From NCBI GenBank assembly GCA_016872595.1, contig VGZJ01000001.1, forward strand, positions 5,117-69,116: DNA of 64,000 nt, read 5' to 3'. Positions 1 to 10,300 of the stretch are shown one piece after another (position 1 is the stretch's first letter; each line of letters starts with the position of its first letter). The notes beneath the pieces are model-generated. The model searched no databases. It was not told the DNA's origin and saw nothing but the letters and a program-made list of their open reading frames with translations. This DNA is from Planctomycetota bacterium. Its GTDB lineage: Bacteria > Planctomycetota > Planctomycetia > Gemmatales > Gemmataceae. Made by a program: the position numbers and the translations under genes.

Positions 1-182
1 GGCCGGAGACGCTCGGCTTCCTGCTGCTCGCGTGTACCGACGAACTGCCCGCGCCGCTGGTTCTGCGGAGCCGCCACGCCGACAAGCACGTCTGGCGGTT
101 CCTGCTCGAGTCGAGCGCGAAGTACCCGTTCGACCCCGGCGCGGTAGTTCGCAAGTGGGTTCCGGTGCTGGCCGGTAAGTAG
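1..182 (+). CDS. 3' end of a hypothetical protein (partial)
   Basis: Open frame from position 3 (PETLGFLLLACTDELPAP...RKWVPVLAGK) with GC3-rich codons, ending TAG at 180-182. Confidence 0.7.
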   Translation, partial: PETLGFLLLACTDELPAPLVLRSRHADKHVWRFLLESSAKYPFDPGAVVRKWVPVLAGK

Positions 183-286
183 TAGTCACGCTCCTGTGCC
201 GTCGCTGAACATCACGAGAGCGAATACAAGAACCGCCGAGCGCCAACCCGCCGCGTAGCAGCGGCCCACGGCGTGTGCCTACTACT
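178..286. repeat. REP-like palindromic element (GTAG-type), degenerate
   Basis: Arms AGTAGTAGTCACGCTCC..TGTGCCGTCGCT and AGCGGCCCACGGCGTGTGCCTACTACT; same family as the element at 16001-16064. Confidence 0.7.
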
Positions 287-405
287 CTCAAAGGGCGCGG
301 TGGCGCGCAAGTGGGTTCCGGTGCCGGTCGGGAAGTGACGCGCGGCGCGCGCGGCGATACAATCACCGGGCCTATTCGCACACCCGCCGCACGAGAGCCG
401 TTCCG

Positions 406-1878
406 ATGCCGTCCGATTCGATCGCCGGGTTCCTCGACCGCGCGCAGGCCAGCCGCGTGCTGTTCCCCGAACAGGTGGAACAGCTCATCCGGCAGCCGGA
501 CATTCCGCAGTCGGACCTCGCCTCGCTCTGTTCGTACCTCCAGTCGCGCGGCGTCGTGACACAGTTCCAAGCGGCCGCGATCCGCGACGGGCGCGGGCAC
601 GACCTGAACTTCGCCGGGTACCCGATCATCGACGCCATCGGCCCGTTCCCCGGCGGCACGGCGTACCGCGCGCTGCACCCCGCGCTGCGCACACCGCTGG
701 TACTGCGCCGGTACGATCCGAGCGCCTTCGCCCCGGCCGACAGCGCCGCCGCGGTCGGGCACCGGGCGCGCACGTTCGGCACGATCCAGCACCCGAACTT
801 GCTCACCCTGCTGGACGCGGGCGAGCTACAGGGCGAAGCCTACGCGGTACACGAGCAGCCGACCGACGCGGCCGACCTCGGCGCGCTGCTGAAGGAAGTG
901 GGCGGGGCGATGCCGGCGTTCCTCGCGGCCGAGTACGGCTGGGCGGTCGCGTCGGCCCTGCGCGCGGTCCACGAGCGCGGCGGGTGGCACGGCGACGTGT
1001 GCCCCGAGCGCCTGCTGGTCGGCCCGGTGCTGACCAAGACGAAAGCGGACGGCACCACGAAGCGCCGGCCCGCGCCGAACGCGACCGTGAAGCTGACCGA
1101 CACCGGGTTGATCCCGCTGCGCCCGCCCGCGAGCGCCGCGCCGCCCGCGCGCGACGCGCTCGCGTACGTTCCGCCGGAGCGCGTGGACGGCACCGCGACC
1201 GACGCTCGGGGCGACATCTACGGCCTCGGCGCGGTGCTGTACACGCTGCTCGCCGGGCGCGCGCCGTTCGCCGGGGCGAGCGCCGACGAGGTGCTGAACA
1301 AGGTGCGCACGACGGAGCCGCCCGCGCTCGCGGTCCTGCGCCCGACCGAGCCGCCGGAGCTGACGGCGCTCGTTGCGCGGCTGCTGGCGAAGCGCCCCGA
1401 AGACCGGCCGCAGACCGCGGCCGAGGTGTGCGCCGCACTCGCGCCGCTGTGCCGCCCCGGTACGGTCCCGCTGGCCGCGGCCCCGACCGTTGTGCCGACC
1501 GCGCTCCCGGTCTCGTCGATGCCGCACGCGGTCCCGGTGGCGCACGCCCTGCCGAACGCGACCGCGGCCGAGGAGCTTCCGCCCGAAGCGCCCGAAGAGT
1601 GGGGCGTCGAGCCGAACGCCTTCGCCGCGGCGCAAGACGCTTCGACCGCGGACAAGAAGCAGGTCCGCCGCCGCGGGATGACCGACGCGGAAAAGGCCCG
1701 CTCGCGCATGTGGATGATCGTCGGGCTGTGCCTGCACCTCACCGCGGTCGGCCTCATCATCGCGTGGGCGATGGGCGCGTTCTCGTCGTCCCCACCGCCG
1801 AAGGACGAGCCGGACACGAGGAAGCCGGACCCAACGCAAAAGAAAAAGGGCAAGAAGCAACCCAACCCGGATTCGTAA
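406..1878 (+). CDS. Ser/Thr kinase-like membrane protein, probable pseudokinase
   Basis: Kinase fold motifs (HPNL, YVPPE, DIYGLG, RP..RPQTA) but degenerate catalytic motifs (LVLRR, HGDVCPER, DTG); C-terminal TM helix. Confidence 0.85.
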   Translation: MPSDSIAGFLDRAQASRVLFPEQVEQLIRQPDIPQSDLASLCSYLQSRGVVTQFQAAAIRDGRGHDLNFAGYPIIDAIGPFPGGTAYRALHPALRTPLVLRRYDPSAFAPADSAAAVGHRARTFGTIQHPNLLTLLDAGELQGEAYAVHEQPTDAADLGALLKEVGGAMPAFLAAEYGWAVASALRAVHERGGWHGDVCPERLLVGPVLTKTKADGTTKRRPAPNATVKLTDTGLIPLRPPASAAPPARDALAYVPPERVDGTATDARGDIYGLGAVLYTLLAGRAPFAGASADEVLNKVRTTEPPALAVLRPTEPPELTALVARLLAKRPEDRPQTAAEVCAALAPLCRPGTVPLAAAPTVVPTALPVSSMPHAVPVAHALPNATAAEELPPEAPEEWGVEPNAFAAAQDASTADKKQVRRRGMTDAEKARSRMWMIVGLCLHLTAVGLIIAWAMGAFSSSPPPKDEPDTRKPDPTQKKKGKKQPNPDS

Positions 1879-1890
1879 TCGACTGGCGCA

Positions 1891-2712
1891 ATGATTCCGT
1901 GCATCTCACAGTCAACGACGCTACCCGGCTCGTTCGCGGACGACGCCGCGGACTTTCCGGCCGGCGGGTGCCGCGCGCTCGAGGTCTGGCTCACCAAGCT
2001 CGAAAAGCACCTGCGCGACGTGTCTGCTGAGGACACCCGCAAGGCGCTCGCCGACCGCGACGTTCGGCTCGTGGCCGCCGCGTATCAGGGCGGGTTGCTG
2101 CTCTCGCAGGGCGACGCCCGCAAGACCCACTTCGACCACTACAAGCGCCGCCTCGACCTGTGCCAACAGTTCGCCATCCCCACGTTGGTGCTCGTCGCCG
2201 ACTTCGCGCAGTCACCGACCGCGGACGATCTGGGGCGGGCCGTGGTGTCGCTCGCGCAAGCCGGGCAGTGGGCCGCGGGGTTCGGCGTGCGGTTGGCGCT
2301 TGAGTTCCGCGGCACCGACGCCTTTTGCTCGTCGCTCGATACCGCGCTCGCACTCGTCGAGCAGTGCCGCGAGCCGAACGTCGGCGTGTGCCTCGATGTG
2401 TTCCACTTCTACAAGGGACCGAGCAAGGGCGAAGACCTCGAGCGCCTCAGCTCCGCGAACCTGTTTCACGTTCAGGTGTGCGACGTGGCCGGCGTGCCGC
2501 GCGAGCTGATGACCGACTCGGACCGCGTCATGCCCGGCGACGGCGACTTCCGCCTCTACGCGCTGGTCGCGCGCCTGAAGACCATCGGCTACACCGGCGG
2601 CGTCGCGCTGGAACTGTTCAACCCGGTGCTGTGGCAACTGAAGGCCACGCAGGTCGTGGAACTGGGAATGAGCGCGCTCGAACGCTTGCTCACCTCACAA
2701 CAGGCGCGGTAG
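1891..2712 (+). CDS. sugar phosphate isomerase/epimerase (xylose isomerase-like TIM barrel)
   Basis: LALEF, CLDVFHF, HVQVCD, RVMPGDG and ALELFN motifs. Confidence 0.9.
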   Translation: MIPCISQSTTLPGSFADDAADFPAGGCRALEVWLTKLEKHLRDVSAEDTRKALADRDVRLVAAAYQGGLLLSQGDARKTHFDHYKRRLDLCQQFAIPTLVLVADFAQSPTADDLGRAVVSLAQAGQWAAGFGVRLALEFRGTDAFCSSLDTALALVEQCREPNVGVCLDVFHFYKGPSKGEDLERLSSANLFHVQVCDVAGVPRELMTDSDRVMPGDGDFRLYALVARLKTIGYTGGVALELFNPVLWQLKATQVVELGMSALERLLTSQQAR

Positions 2713-2822
2713 CCGCGAGCCGCAGGCGCACGCGGAGTCCGTACGCGCCCGCGGCGATCACGCCTGTTAACTTTCCGCGCCGCGCTCCGGTGTACCTTAC
2801 GGGGGCACACCGGAGGTTCGCC

Positions 2823-3305
2823 ATGCGTGCCAAGTTGCTCGAACAGTTCCTGTACTGAGTCCACGGGCTGTCGGCGGCGGCGTGGTTCGGGGCGATCTTC
2901 TACCGGGCCGCGGTCATCGACCGCAAGGCGTTCACGTTCTTCGCGCGCCCCGCCGACTACGAGCACTTCAGCACGCACCTCGCGCACAACATGCGGTACT
3001 TCGTCACGGCCGGGCTGCTCGTGTGCGGGCTGTCGGGGTTCGCACTGGTCGGGCTGAAGTGGGACGGGGCGAGCGCCGCGTGGCTCGCGCTCACGGGCGC
3101 GAAGGCCGGGGCGTGGCTCGCGGCGTGCGGGCTGTTCACCTACGTGTCGTGGGTCCACTGGCCGTGGCGGGCGTGCGCGGCCCCGGCCGAGTCGGCGTAC
3201 TACCGGCGGCAGGGTCAGCGCCTCGCCTACGCGATGGTCGCGCTCGCCGGCACCGGGTTCGCGCTCGGGCAGGCGGCGCGCGCCCTGCCACTGCTGAGCG
3301 CGTAG
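2823..3305 (+). pseudogene. membrane protein interrupted by an in-frame TGA
   Basis: GGAGG RBS, ATG 2823, MRAKLLEQFLY then TGA at 2856-2858, then the same frame continues VHGLSAAAWFGAIFY... into the ORF ending at 3305. Confidence 0.75.
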
Positions 3306-3372
3306 CGCGGATGGCGCTTGTGTTCGCGCGCGGTGCGGGATACTGTCGGCGCGTCACCAACGAGGACCGCCC

Positions 3373-3777
3373 GTGACCCGACCCGACCCACCGCCGAACG
3401 CGCGCTGCCCGTACTGCGATCACGTCTTTGTCGCGAACGAAATCGCCGACGGCTGGTGCGAGCCGTGCGGCCGGCGCATCCCCGAAGTGGTGCTGAAAGA
3501 GGTCCGTCCGCGCCCGCAGTTCGCCCCGCCGCCCCCGCCCCCGGAGCCGACGCGCGCCGAGCGCGCCGAGGCCCGCCGCGCCGACACCACGCGCGCGATC
3601 GGGTTCGTCGTCATGCTGATCGGGCTGCTGGTGTGCGCCGGTGCGGTGGCGTGGATCGCGTACTGCCGGTTCCAGCGCGCCGACGCCGGGCGCGGGTTCA
3701 CGTGGATCGCCGGGGCCGGCGGGGGCCTGTTCCTGTTCGGACTGGCCCTCCTCATCGACGGCCGCGTGAGTGACTAG
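3373..3777 (+). CDS. hypothetical membrane protein with N-terminal Zn-ribbon
   Basis: CPYC...CEPC, Pro-rich linker, two hydrophobic helices. Confidence 0.7.
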   Translation: MTRPDPPPNARCPYCDHVFVANEIADGWCEPCGRRIPEVVLKEVRPRPQFAPPPPPPEPTRAERAEARRADTTRAIGFVVMLIGLLVCAGAVAWIAYCRFQRADAGRGFTWIAGAGGGLFLFGLALLIDGRVSD

Positions 3778-3797
3778 CGCCCGCCCGGCGCGCGGGG

Positions 3798-5093
3798 TCA
3801 ACCGATCACCGCGAGGCTCTCGCTCGCGGCACCGATCGTCTGTTCGATGTGTGCGTCGGTCATCGCGGCGCAGGTGAACGCGGCCTCGAACTGGCTGCAC
3901 GGCAGGTACACGCCGCGGTCCATCATCGCCCAGAAGAACCGGGCGAACCGGGCCGTGTCGCTGGTCTTCGCGGTGTCGAGGTCGGTCACGTCGGTGCCCG
4001 TAAAGAACAGCGTCCACATGCTGCCGACGCGGTTGAACCGCGCGGGCACGTTCGCAGTGCGCGCGGCTTCGAGCAGGCCCGCGCCGATGCGCGCGCTTTG
4101 CGCGTCGAGGCGCGCGTACGGCGGGTTGTCGCGCAGTTCGGTGAGGGTGGCGATGCCCGCGGCCATCGCGACCGGGTTGCCGCTCAGGGTGCCGGCCTGA
4201 AACACCGGGCCCGCGGGCATGACCTTGCCCATGACGTCGGCGCGCCCGCCGTACGCGCCGACCGGATAGCCGCCGCCGATGATCTTGCCGTAGCACGACA
4301 GGTCCGGGCTCTCGCCGAGCAGCACCTGCGCGCCGCCGTAGCCGAGCCGGAACCCGGTCATCACCTCGTCGTAGATGAGCAGCGCGCCGTGCTTCTGGGT
4401 CAGGCGGCGCAGTTCGCGCCGGAACTCGTCGGACGGGGGCACGAGGCCCATGTTGCCGACGATCGGTTCGAGGATCACGCCGGCGATCCGGTCGCCCTTC
4501 GCCGCGAACAGCTCCGCGAGCGCCGCGGTGTCGTTGAACCGCAGCACCGTCGTGTCGTTGGTGCACCCGGCGGGAACGCCGGGGCTGTTGGGCACGCCGA
4601 GCGTCAGCGCGCTGCTGCCGGCGGAGACGAGCAGCGAGTCGACGTGGCCGTGGTAGCACCCGGCGAACTTGACGATCCGGTCGCGCCCGGTGAACCCGCG
4701 CGCGAGGCGGATCGCGCTCATCGTCGCCTCGGTGCCACTCGACACGAACCGCACCATTTCGACGCTCGGCACCGCGGCGATCACCAGTTCGGCGAGTTGG
4801 GTTTCGAGTTCGCACGGCGCGCCGTAACTGGACCCGTTCATCAGCGCGGCAACGGCCGCGTCCACCACCTTGGGGTGACAGTGACCGAGGATCATCGGCC
4901 CCCACGAGCCGATGAAGTCGAGGTACTCGTGGCCGTCGAGGTCGTAGAGGCGCGGGCCGTGGGCGCGGGCGATGAACAGCGGGCTGCCGCCGACGCCGCC
5001 GAACGCGCGGGCCGGGCTGTTGACGCCGCCGGGGATGGCGCGCTTCGCGCGCTCGAAGGCGAGTGCGCTCTTGGTGCGATCAGGCGTTTGCAT
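3798..5093 (-). CDS. hemL: glutamate-1-semialdehyde 2,1-aminomutase
   Basis: PGGVNSPARAF, SGTEATMSA, GCYHGH, DEVMTGFR, GKIIGGG, QAGTLSGNP; start set at MQTPDR. Confidence 0.97.
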   Translation of the reverse strand: MQTPDRTKSALAFERAKRAIPGGVNSPARAFGGVGGSPLFIARAHGPRLYDLDGHEYLDFIGSWGPMILGHCHPKVVDAAVAALMNGSSYGAPCELETQLAELVIAAVPSVEMVRFVSSGTEATMSAIRLARGFTGRDRIVKFAGCYHGHVDSLLVSAGSSALTLGVPNSPGVPAGCTNDTTVLRFNDTAALAELFAAKGDRIAGVILEPIVGNMGLVPPSDEFRRELRRLTQKHGALLIYDEVMTGFRLGYGGAQVLLGESPDLSCYGKIIGGGYPVGAYGGRADVMGKVMPAGPVFQAGTLSGNPVAMAAGIATLTELRDNPPYARLDAQSARIGAGLLEAARTANVPARFNRVGSMWTLFFTGTDVTDLDTAKTSDTARFARFFWAMMDRGVYLPCSQFEAAFTCAAMTDAHIEQTIGAASESLAVIG

Positions 5094-5117
5094 GGAGAAC
5101 TTTGGTGGGTGGTTCGG

Positions 5118-5159
5118 GCCGCTTGCGGCTTCGCGAGCGCTCGCGAAGCCGCAAGCGGC
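5118..5159. repeat. perfect 42-bp palindrome (REP-like; one frame reads AKPQAA)
   Basis: GCCGCTTGCGGCTTCGCGAGCGCTCGCGAAGCCGCAAGCGGC is its own reverse complement. Confidence 0.85.
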
Positions 5160-5170
5160 TGAGGGCGCGC

Positions 5171-7126
5171 TCACTTCGCGACGAGCGCGGCGATCTTCTG
5201 CGCGCGCGCCACTTGCTCTTTGACGCGCGGCTCGGGGTCGTCGTCGTACAGCTCGGTCACGTCGCGACAGCGGTTCCGCACGTCGCGGCGCGCGGCCCCG
5301 AGGTCGGTGTCCTTCACCTTGTCGGCCAGCGCCTGAGTCTCGTCGAGCCACGTTTTCAAGCGGTCCACGCGCGCGACGAGGGGGTCGTTGGCCGGGCGCG
5401 TGAGGTTCAACTTGATCTGCCCGGCGAGGAGGAACCACGCGCGCTTGTCGGCGTCCTTCTCGGTCAGCGCGACCAGCGCGTCGCACGCGCGCGACGCGCG
5501 GTCGTGGTCGCCGAACTCGCGGAGCCGCAGGATGCGGACCGCCAGCGCTTCGGGGTTGGTGGGGTCTCCCTTCACCGGCTGGTCGTTGATCTTAAGGGTC
5601 TCGATCTTGGCCGGGAGCTTGCTCAGCTCGGCGCTGGCCGCGGCGATGTCGGCGAGGCGCTTGTCGGCGAGCCAGCCCCAGCGCGCCTTCGCCAGTTGGT
5701 CCTCCTTGGTGGTGAACGGCAGTTTGCCCTCGTCGGGGAACCGGCCCTTCACCTTCGTCCACAAGATTTTCGCCTGCTCGATGTTGCCGTCGCGCTCGGC
5801 GGTGATCGCGCCCCACGCCGCGCCGTAGGCCTCGGGGTCGTCGTGGTCGGTGGGCTTTTCGAGCTTACTGGCGAAGCGCGTCGCAAGCTGCCGCTCGCGG
5901 TTCTTCACGGTCAGGTCGCGGAACACGGCCGCGGCCTTCTCGACGGTCTCGCCGCCGCTCGCGCCGTGGGCGTCGAGGAACTTGGTCGCGGCTTCGAGCT
6001 TCGCCTCCGGGGTCTCTGCCTTTTCAATCGCCGCGTACATCTTCTCCGGCGAGGGCGACTTGACCGCGAGGTACACGCCGAAGGCCATCGCCGCCAGCAC
6101 CCCAACGATGCCGACCGCGTGGACCCACTTCCGTTGCAAGAACGGCACCTGCTCGGCTTTCTTCTTTTTCTTCTTCTTGCCGCGGAGCGCGCGGGCCGCT
6201 TCTTTGTCGGTCGCGTCCATGCGCGCGCCGTCTTGGTTGGTCTTCTTGAGCGTGCGGGCCTCGGCCTTCATCAGCCCGGCGCTCTTGCGCGCGAACTGGT
6301 CCTCCTCCACCTCGGCCAGCATCCGGGCCACCCACGCCGCGTCGATGGGCCGGCTCTCCTTGTCCTTTTCGAGCAACTGGAGGATCAGCGACTCGAACTT
6401 CGGGGGCAGGTCGGCGACCAACTTGCCGATCCGCGGGGCCTTCTCGTTCACGTGCTTCAAGAACATCTCGACGGTCGTTTCGGCGGTAAACGGCTTGCGC
6501 CCGGTCAGCAGTTCGAAGAACACGATGCCGAGCGAGTACAGGTCGGACTTGTTCGACAGGTTGCGGTCGCCCTTGCACTGTTCGGGCGACATGTACGCGG
6601 CCGTGCCGATTGTACTGTTCGCACCGGTCAGCGCGGTCACGTCGGTGTCCTTCGCGATGCCGAAGTCCGTCAGTTTCAGAACGCCGTCCCTCGTAATCAT
6701 CAGGTTGGAGGGCTTCAGGTCGCGGTGGATGATGCCCTTGTCGTGGGCGTACTGGAGCGCCTCCGCGAGTTGTTTGCCGTAGGACAGTACCTCTTCCCAG
6801 CCGAGTTTGCCGCGGCGCGCGAGGATCCGGTCGAGGGCCTCGCCGTCGATGTACTCCATCGCAATGTACGGGTTGGCCTTGTTGATCTTGCCGTGCGCGA
6901 TGAGGCGGACGATGTGCGGGTGCTTGAGCTGCTTGAGGATGTTGGCCTCGCGCTCGAACCGGGCCATCGCCCCCTCGTTACCGAGCAACCCGAGGGCGAC
7001 GACCTTCAGCGCGATGGAAATCACCTTGTCGTCGCGCTGGAACTTGGCCCGGTACACGGTGCCCATCGCCCCGCTGCCGAGTTCCTTCTCGATCAGAAAC
7101 GGGCCGATCTGCTGCCCCACCAGCAT
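5171..7126 (-). CDS. membrane Ser/Thr protein kinase (Hanks-type)
   Basis: GSGAMGTVY, IALK, HRDLKPSN, DFG, YMSPEQ; Lys run, TM helix, then a helical C-terminal domain. Confidence 0.95.
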   Translation of the reverse strand: MLVGQQIGPFLIEKELGSGAMGTVYRAKFQRDDKVISIALKVVALGLLGNEGAMARFEREANILKQLKHPHIVRLIAHGKINKANPYIAMEYIDGEALDRILARRGKLGWEEVLSYGKQLAEALQYAHDKGIIHRDLKPSNLMITRDGVLKLTDFGIAKDTDVTALTGANSTIGTAAYMSPEQCKGDRNLSNKSDLYSLGIVFFELLTGRKPFTAETTVEMFLKHVNEKAPRIGKLVADLPPKFESLILQLLEKDKESRPIDAAWVARMLAEVEEDQFARKSAGLMKAEARTLKKTNQDGARMDATDKEAARALRGKKKKKKKAEQVPFLQRKWVHAVGIVGVLAAMAFGVYLAVKSPSPEKMYAAIEKAETPEAKLEAATKFLDAHGASGGETVEKAAAVFRDLTVKNRERQLATRFASKLEKPTDHDDPEAYGAAWGAITAERDGNIEQAKILWTKVKGRFPDEGKLPFTTKEDQLAKARWGWLADKRLADIAAASAELSKLPAKIETLKINDQPVKGDPTNPEALAVRILRLREFGDHDRASRACDALVALTEKDADKRAWFLLAGQIKLNLTRPANDPLVARVDRLKTWLDETQALADKVKDTDLGAARRDVRNRCRDVTELYDDDPEPRVKEQVARAQKIAALVAK

Positions 7127-7301
7127 GGCACCAACCCCCCGCGAGCGCGTGCGACAGCGGTCATTGTAGGGCAACCGGCCCGCGAAGCGAAGAACGTAAC
7201 GCCTCCCGGTTCCACGCAATCCGCCTGTGCCGTTGGGCCGTCTTGAGGGTATAATCCTGTCGAGTCCCCGGTGGCCCGCGCGCCGGCTCGGAGGTCGATA
7301 C

Positions 7302-10300
7302 ATGGCCGCTGTGCTCGAGAAGAACGACCCCGCCGCCCGGCACGAGTCGCAGGTCGATGAGCAGATCGCGCAGGCGTCCAGCCGCATCCGCGCGCACGAC
7401 CTCGCGTTCGGCGGGCTGGTCCTCGTCGCACTCGTGTTGGTCTACGCCGTCGCGATGATCCTGCTCGACAAGTACCTCGTGCTTCCGGAGTGGGTCCGCC
7501 AAGGCGCGCTGGGCGCGTTCGGCGCGCTCGTCGGCGGCACCGCGTACCTCGCGCTCGTGCGCCCCCTGCGCAAGCAGATCAACCCGCTGTACGCGGCCAA
7601 GCGCGTCGAGGGGACGATTGACGACCCCAAGAACAGCGTGACCGGGTACGTGGACGCGCGCGAGAAGGGCGACCTGAACGGCACCGTGAAGGCCGCGCTC
7701 GCCAGCCGCGCCGCCGCCGCCGCTGCCGCCGCCGACGTGGACCGGGCCGTCGATCACCGCAGCCTGCGCTACCTCGGCGGGGTCGCGGTCGCGTGCTTCC
7801 TCGCGCTGGTCGTCCTGTTCTTCGTGTTCCGCGGCGCGCAGTTCATGTCACTACTGGGGCGCACGTTCGTGCCGTTCTCCAGTGACCCCATCGCCACCCG
7901 CACGCAACTCGCGCTCGTGAAGCCCGAACCGGCGGACCCGACCATCACCACCGGCCAGAGCGTCACCGTTCAGGTGCGCGTCGAGGGCCGCGTGCCCGCC
8001 GCCGACGCCCCGGACAAGGTGCGGCTGCTGGTGCGCCACAACCCGGCCGACCCGAACTACGAAGAGCTCCCGATGGTGCCCGGCGCGACCAACCGCGACT
8101 GGGAACTGCGCGTCCCCGATTACCTCGTCCAGAACGGGTTCTGGTACAAGGTGAGGGCCGGCGACGCCGAAACCCCGGAGTACAAGGTCACGGTGCGCGC
8201 GCTCCCGGCGTTCACCGAGTTCCGCGCCACCTACGAGTACCCCAAGTACCTGCGCCGGGCCCCGGACACGGTCACGGAACCCGCGGTGCGTGCCCCGCGC
8301 GGCACCACCGTCACGCTGACCGCCAAGACCAACCGCGAGGTCCGCTCCGGCGACATCGTCATCGACCGCGCCGCGCCCGTGGCGGGCGCGCCGGTGCCCA
8401 ACGACCCCAAGGCGCTCCAGTTCACGTTCAAGGTCGCCAACAGCGGCTCCTACAAGTTGGTGTTCGTCGCCACCAACGGCGAGCGCAGCGCCGACGTGTT
8501 CCAAGCCCCGATCACGGTCGAATCGGACCACGCCCCGCAGGTCGTCATCACCAAGCCCGAAGAGGAGGAGACGACCGCGCCCGCGAACGGCCAGCTCGCG
8601 GTGGACGGCAAGATCGGCGACGACCACGGCATCGCCACCGTCGCGCTCAAGATGAAGCTGGTCGCGCCCGTCGAGCGCCCGCTGCCGGACGTGCCGTACC
8701 TCAACGGCACCGCCCCCACGTTCCGCCGCGACAAGGACGGTACGTTCCCCACGAACCTCGATTACAAAGGCTCGGTCGATCTCGCCAAGCTCACGAAGGA
8801 CGCGGCCGGCGTCGCGCTGAAGCTCGACGACAAATGCGTGATCGAGTTCTGGCTCGAAGCCACCGACAACTGCACCGAGCCGAAGGCCAACGTCGGCAAG
8901 TCGGCCGCGAAGCGCCTGCGCCTCACCCCGCCGGTTTCGGAGCCGATGGAGCAGAAGACGCAGGACGACCGGAAGAACGAGCGGAAGAACGAGGAGCAGA
9001 AGCACGGCAACGACCAAAAGCAGAAGCTCGATAACGAGAACCGCGACCCCAACAAGAAGGACGGTCAGGGCGGGAAGACCGAGCCGAAGACCGGCAAGGA
9101 CGGGAACGACGGCAAAGGCGGCGACCCCAAGGGCGACGTGGGCAAGACCGCGGACGACCTGCAGCGCCAGCTCGACCGCGAGAAGAACTCTGGCGGCGAC
9201 GCCAAGCCGAACCCGTCCGCCGCGACCAACCCCGACGAGCGCCCGAACCCGGCCGAACAAAAGCCGAAGCCGCAGGACATGCCCGGCATGAACGGGATGA
9301 ACGGCGCGGCCGAGCCAAAGCCAGAACCGAAGCCAACGGACCCGATGCAACCGCCGGGCATGAACCCCGGCGCGCCCGCCGAAACCAAGACGCAAGGCGA
9401 CACCAAGAAGCCGGACGAGCCCGGTCAGCAGAAGCCGCAGCCACAACCGCAAGGCGGCACCGATCCGAAGACCGACAAGAAGGACAACGCGCCGGCCGAA
9501 GAGCGCGGCGCGCCGGGGCCGGGCGCGGGCGTGCCCGGCAACGACAAAGACCCGCCCCCGCCGGCCCCCAAGGGCGGCGACCCGAAGCGCGACCCGTCCA
9601 ACGGCGGCGCGGGCAAACCCGGCACCGACCCGAAGGACGTGCCCCAGCCCGGCGCGCCCAAAGCCGGCCCGCCCGAGGCCGCGCCCAAGCCGCCGGTACA
9701 AGAGCCGAAGCGCGGCGACGAGAAACCCGCGCCGCAACAGAACCCGGCCGAACAACCGAAGCCCGGCGCGCCCGAGGCCGGCGACGGCAAGCCCAAGACC
9801 GCGCCCGCTCCGGCCGACACCAAGCCGATGCCGAAGGACCCGATGATGATGCCGGGCGGCGCGGACTCCGACCCGAAGCCCGCGGGCGGCGCGAACGACA
9901 TGAAAGACCCCAATGGCGGCACCAACGCGGCCGAGACCAAGCCCGACGACAAGAAGGACGCCCCAACGGGCACCGGCGGGAAGCCACCCGAAAAGGGCGC
10001 GGAGAAGCCCGTTCCGAAGGACAACAAGAACGAACCGAACGGCGGCGGCACCGACGCGCCCATGCCGAAGGAAAAGATCGACGACAAGACGCGCCGCGAC
10101 CTCGAAGAGGCCGCGAACAACCTCAACAGCCCCGACGAGAACAAGCGCCGCGACGCGCAGAAGAAACTCGACGACGCCATCGGCAAGGACAAGCGCGAGG
10201 AGTTAGAGAAGCTTCAGAAGGACTTGAACTCGAGCGACAAGGCCACCCGCGACGCCGCGCGCCAAAAGGTCGAAGACCTCAAGAAGGAACTCGACAAGAA

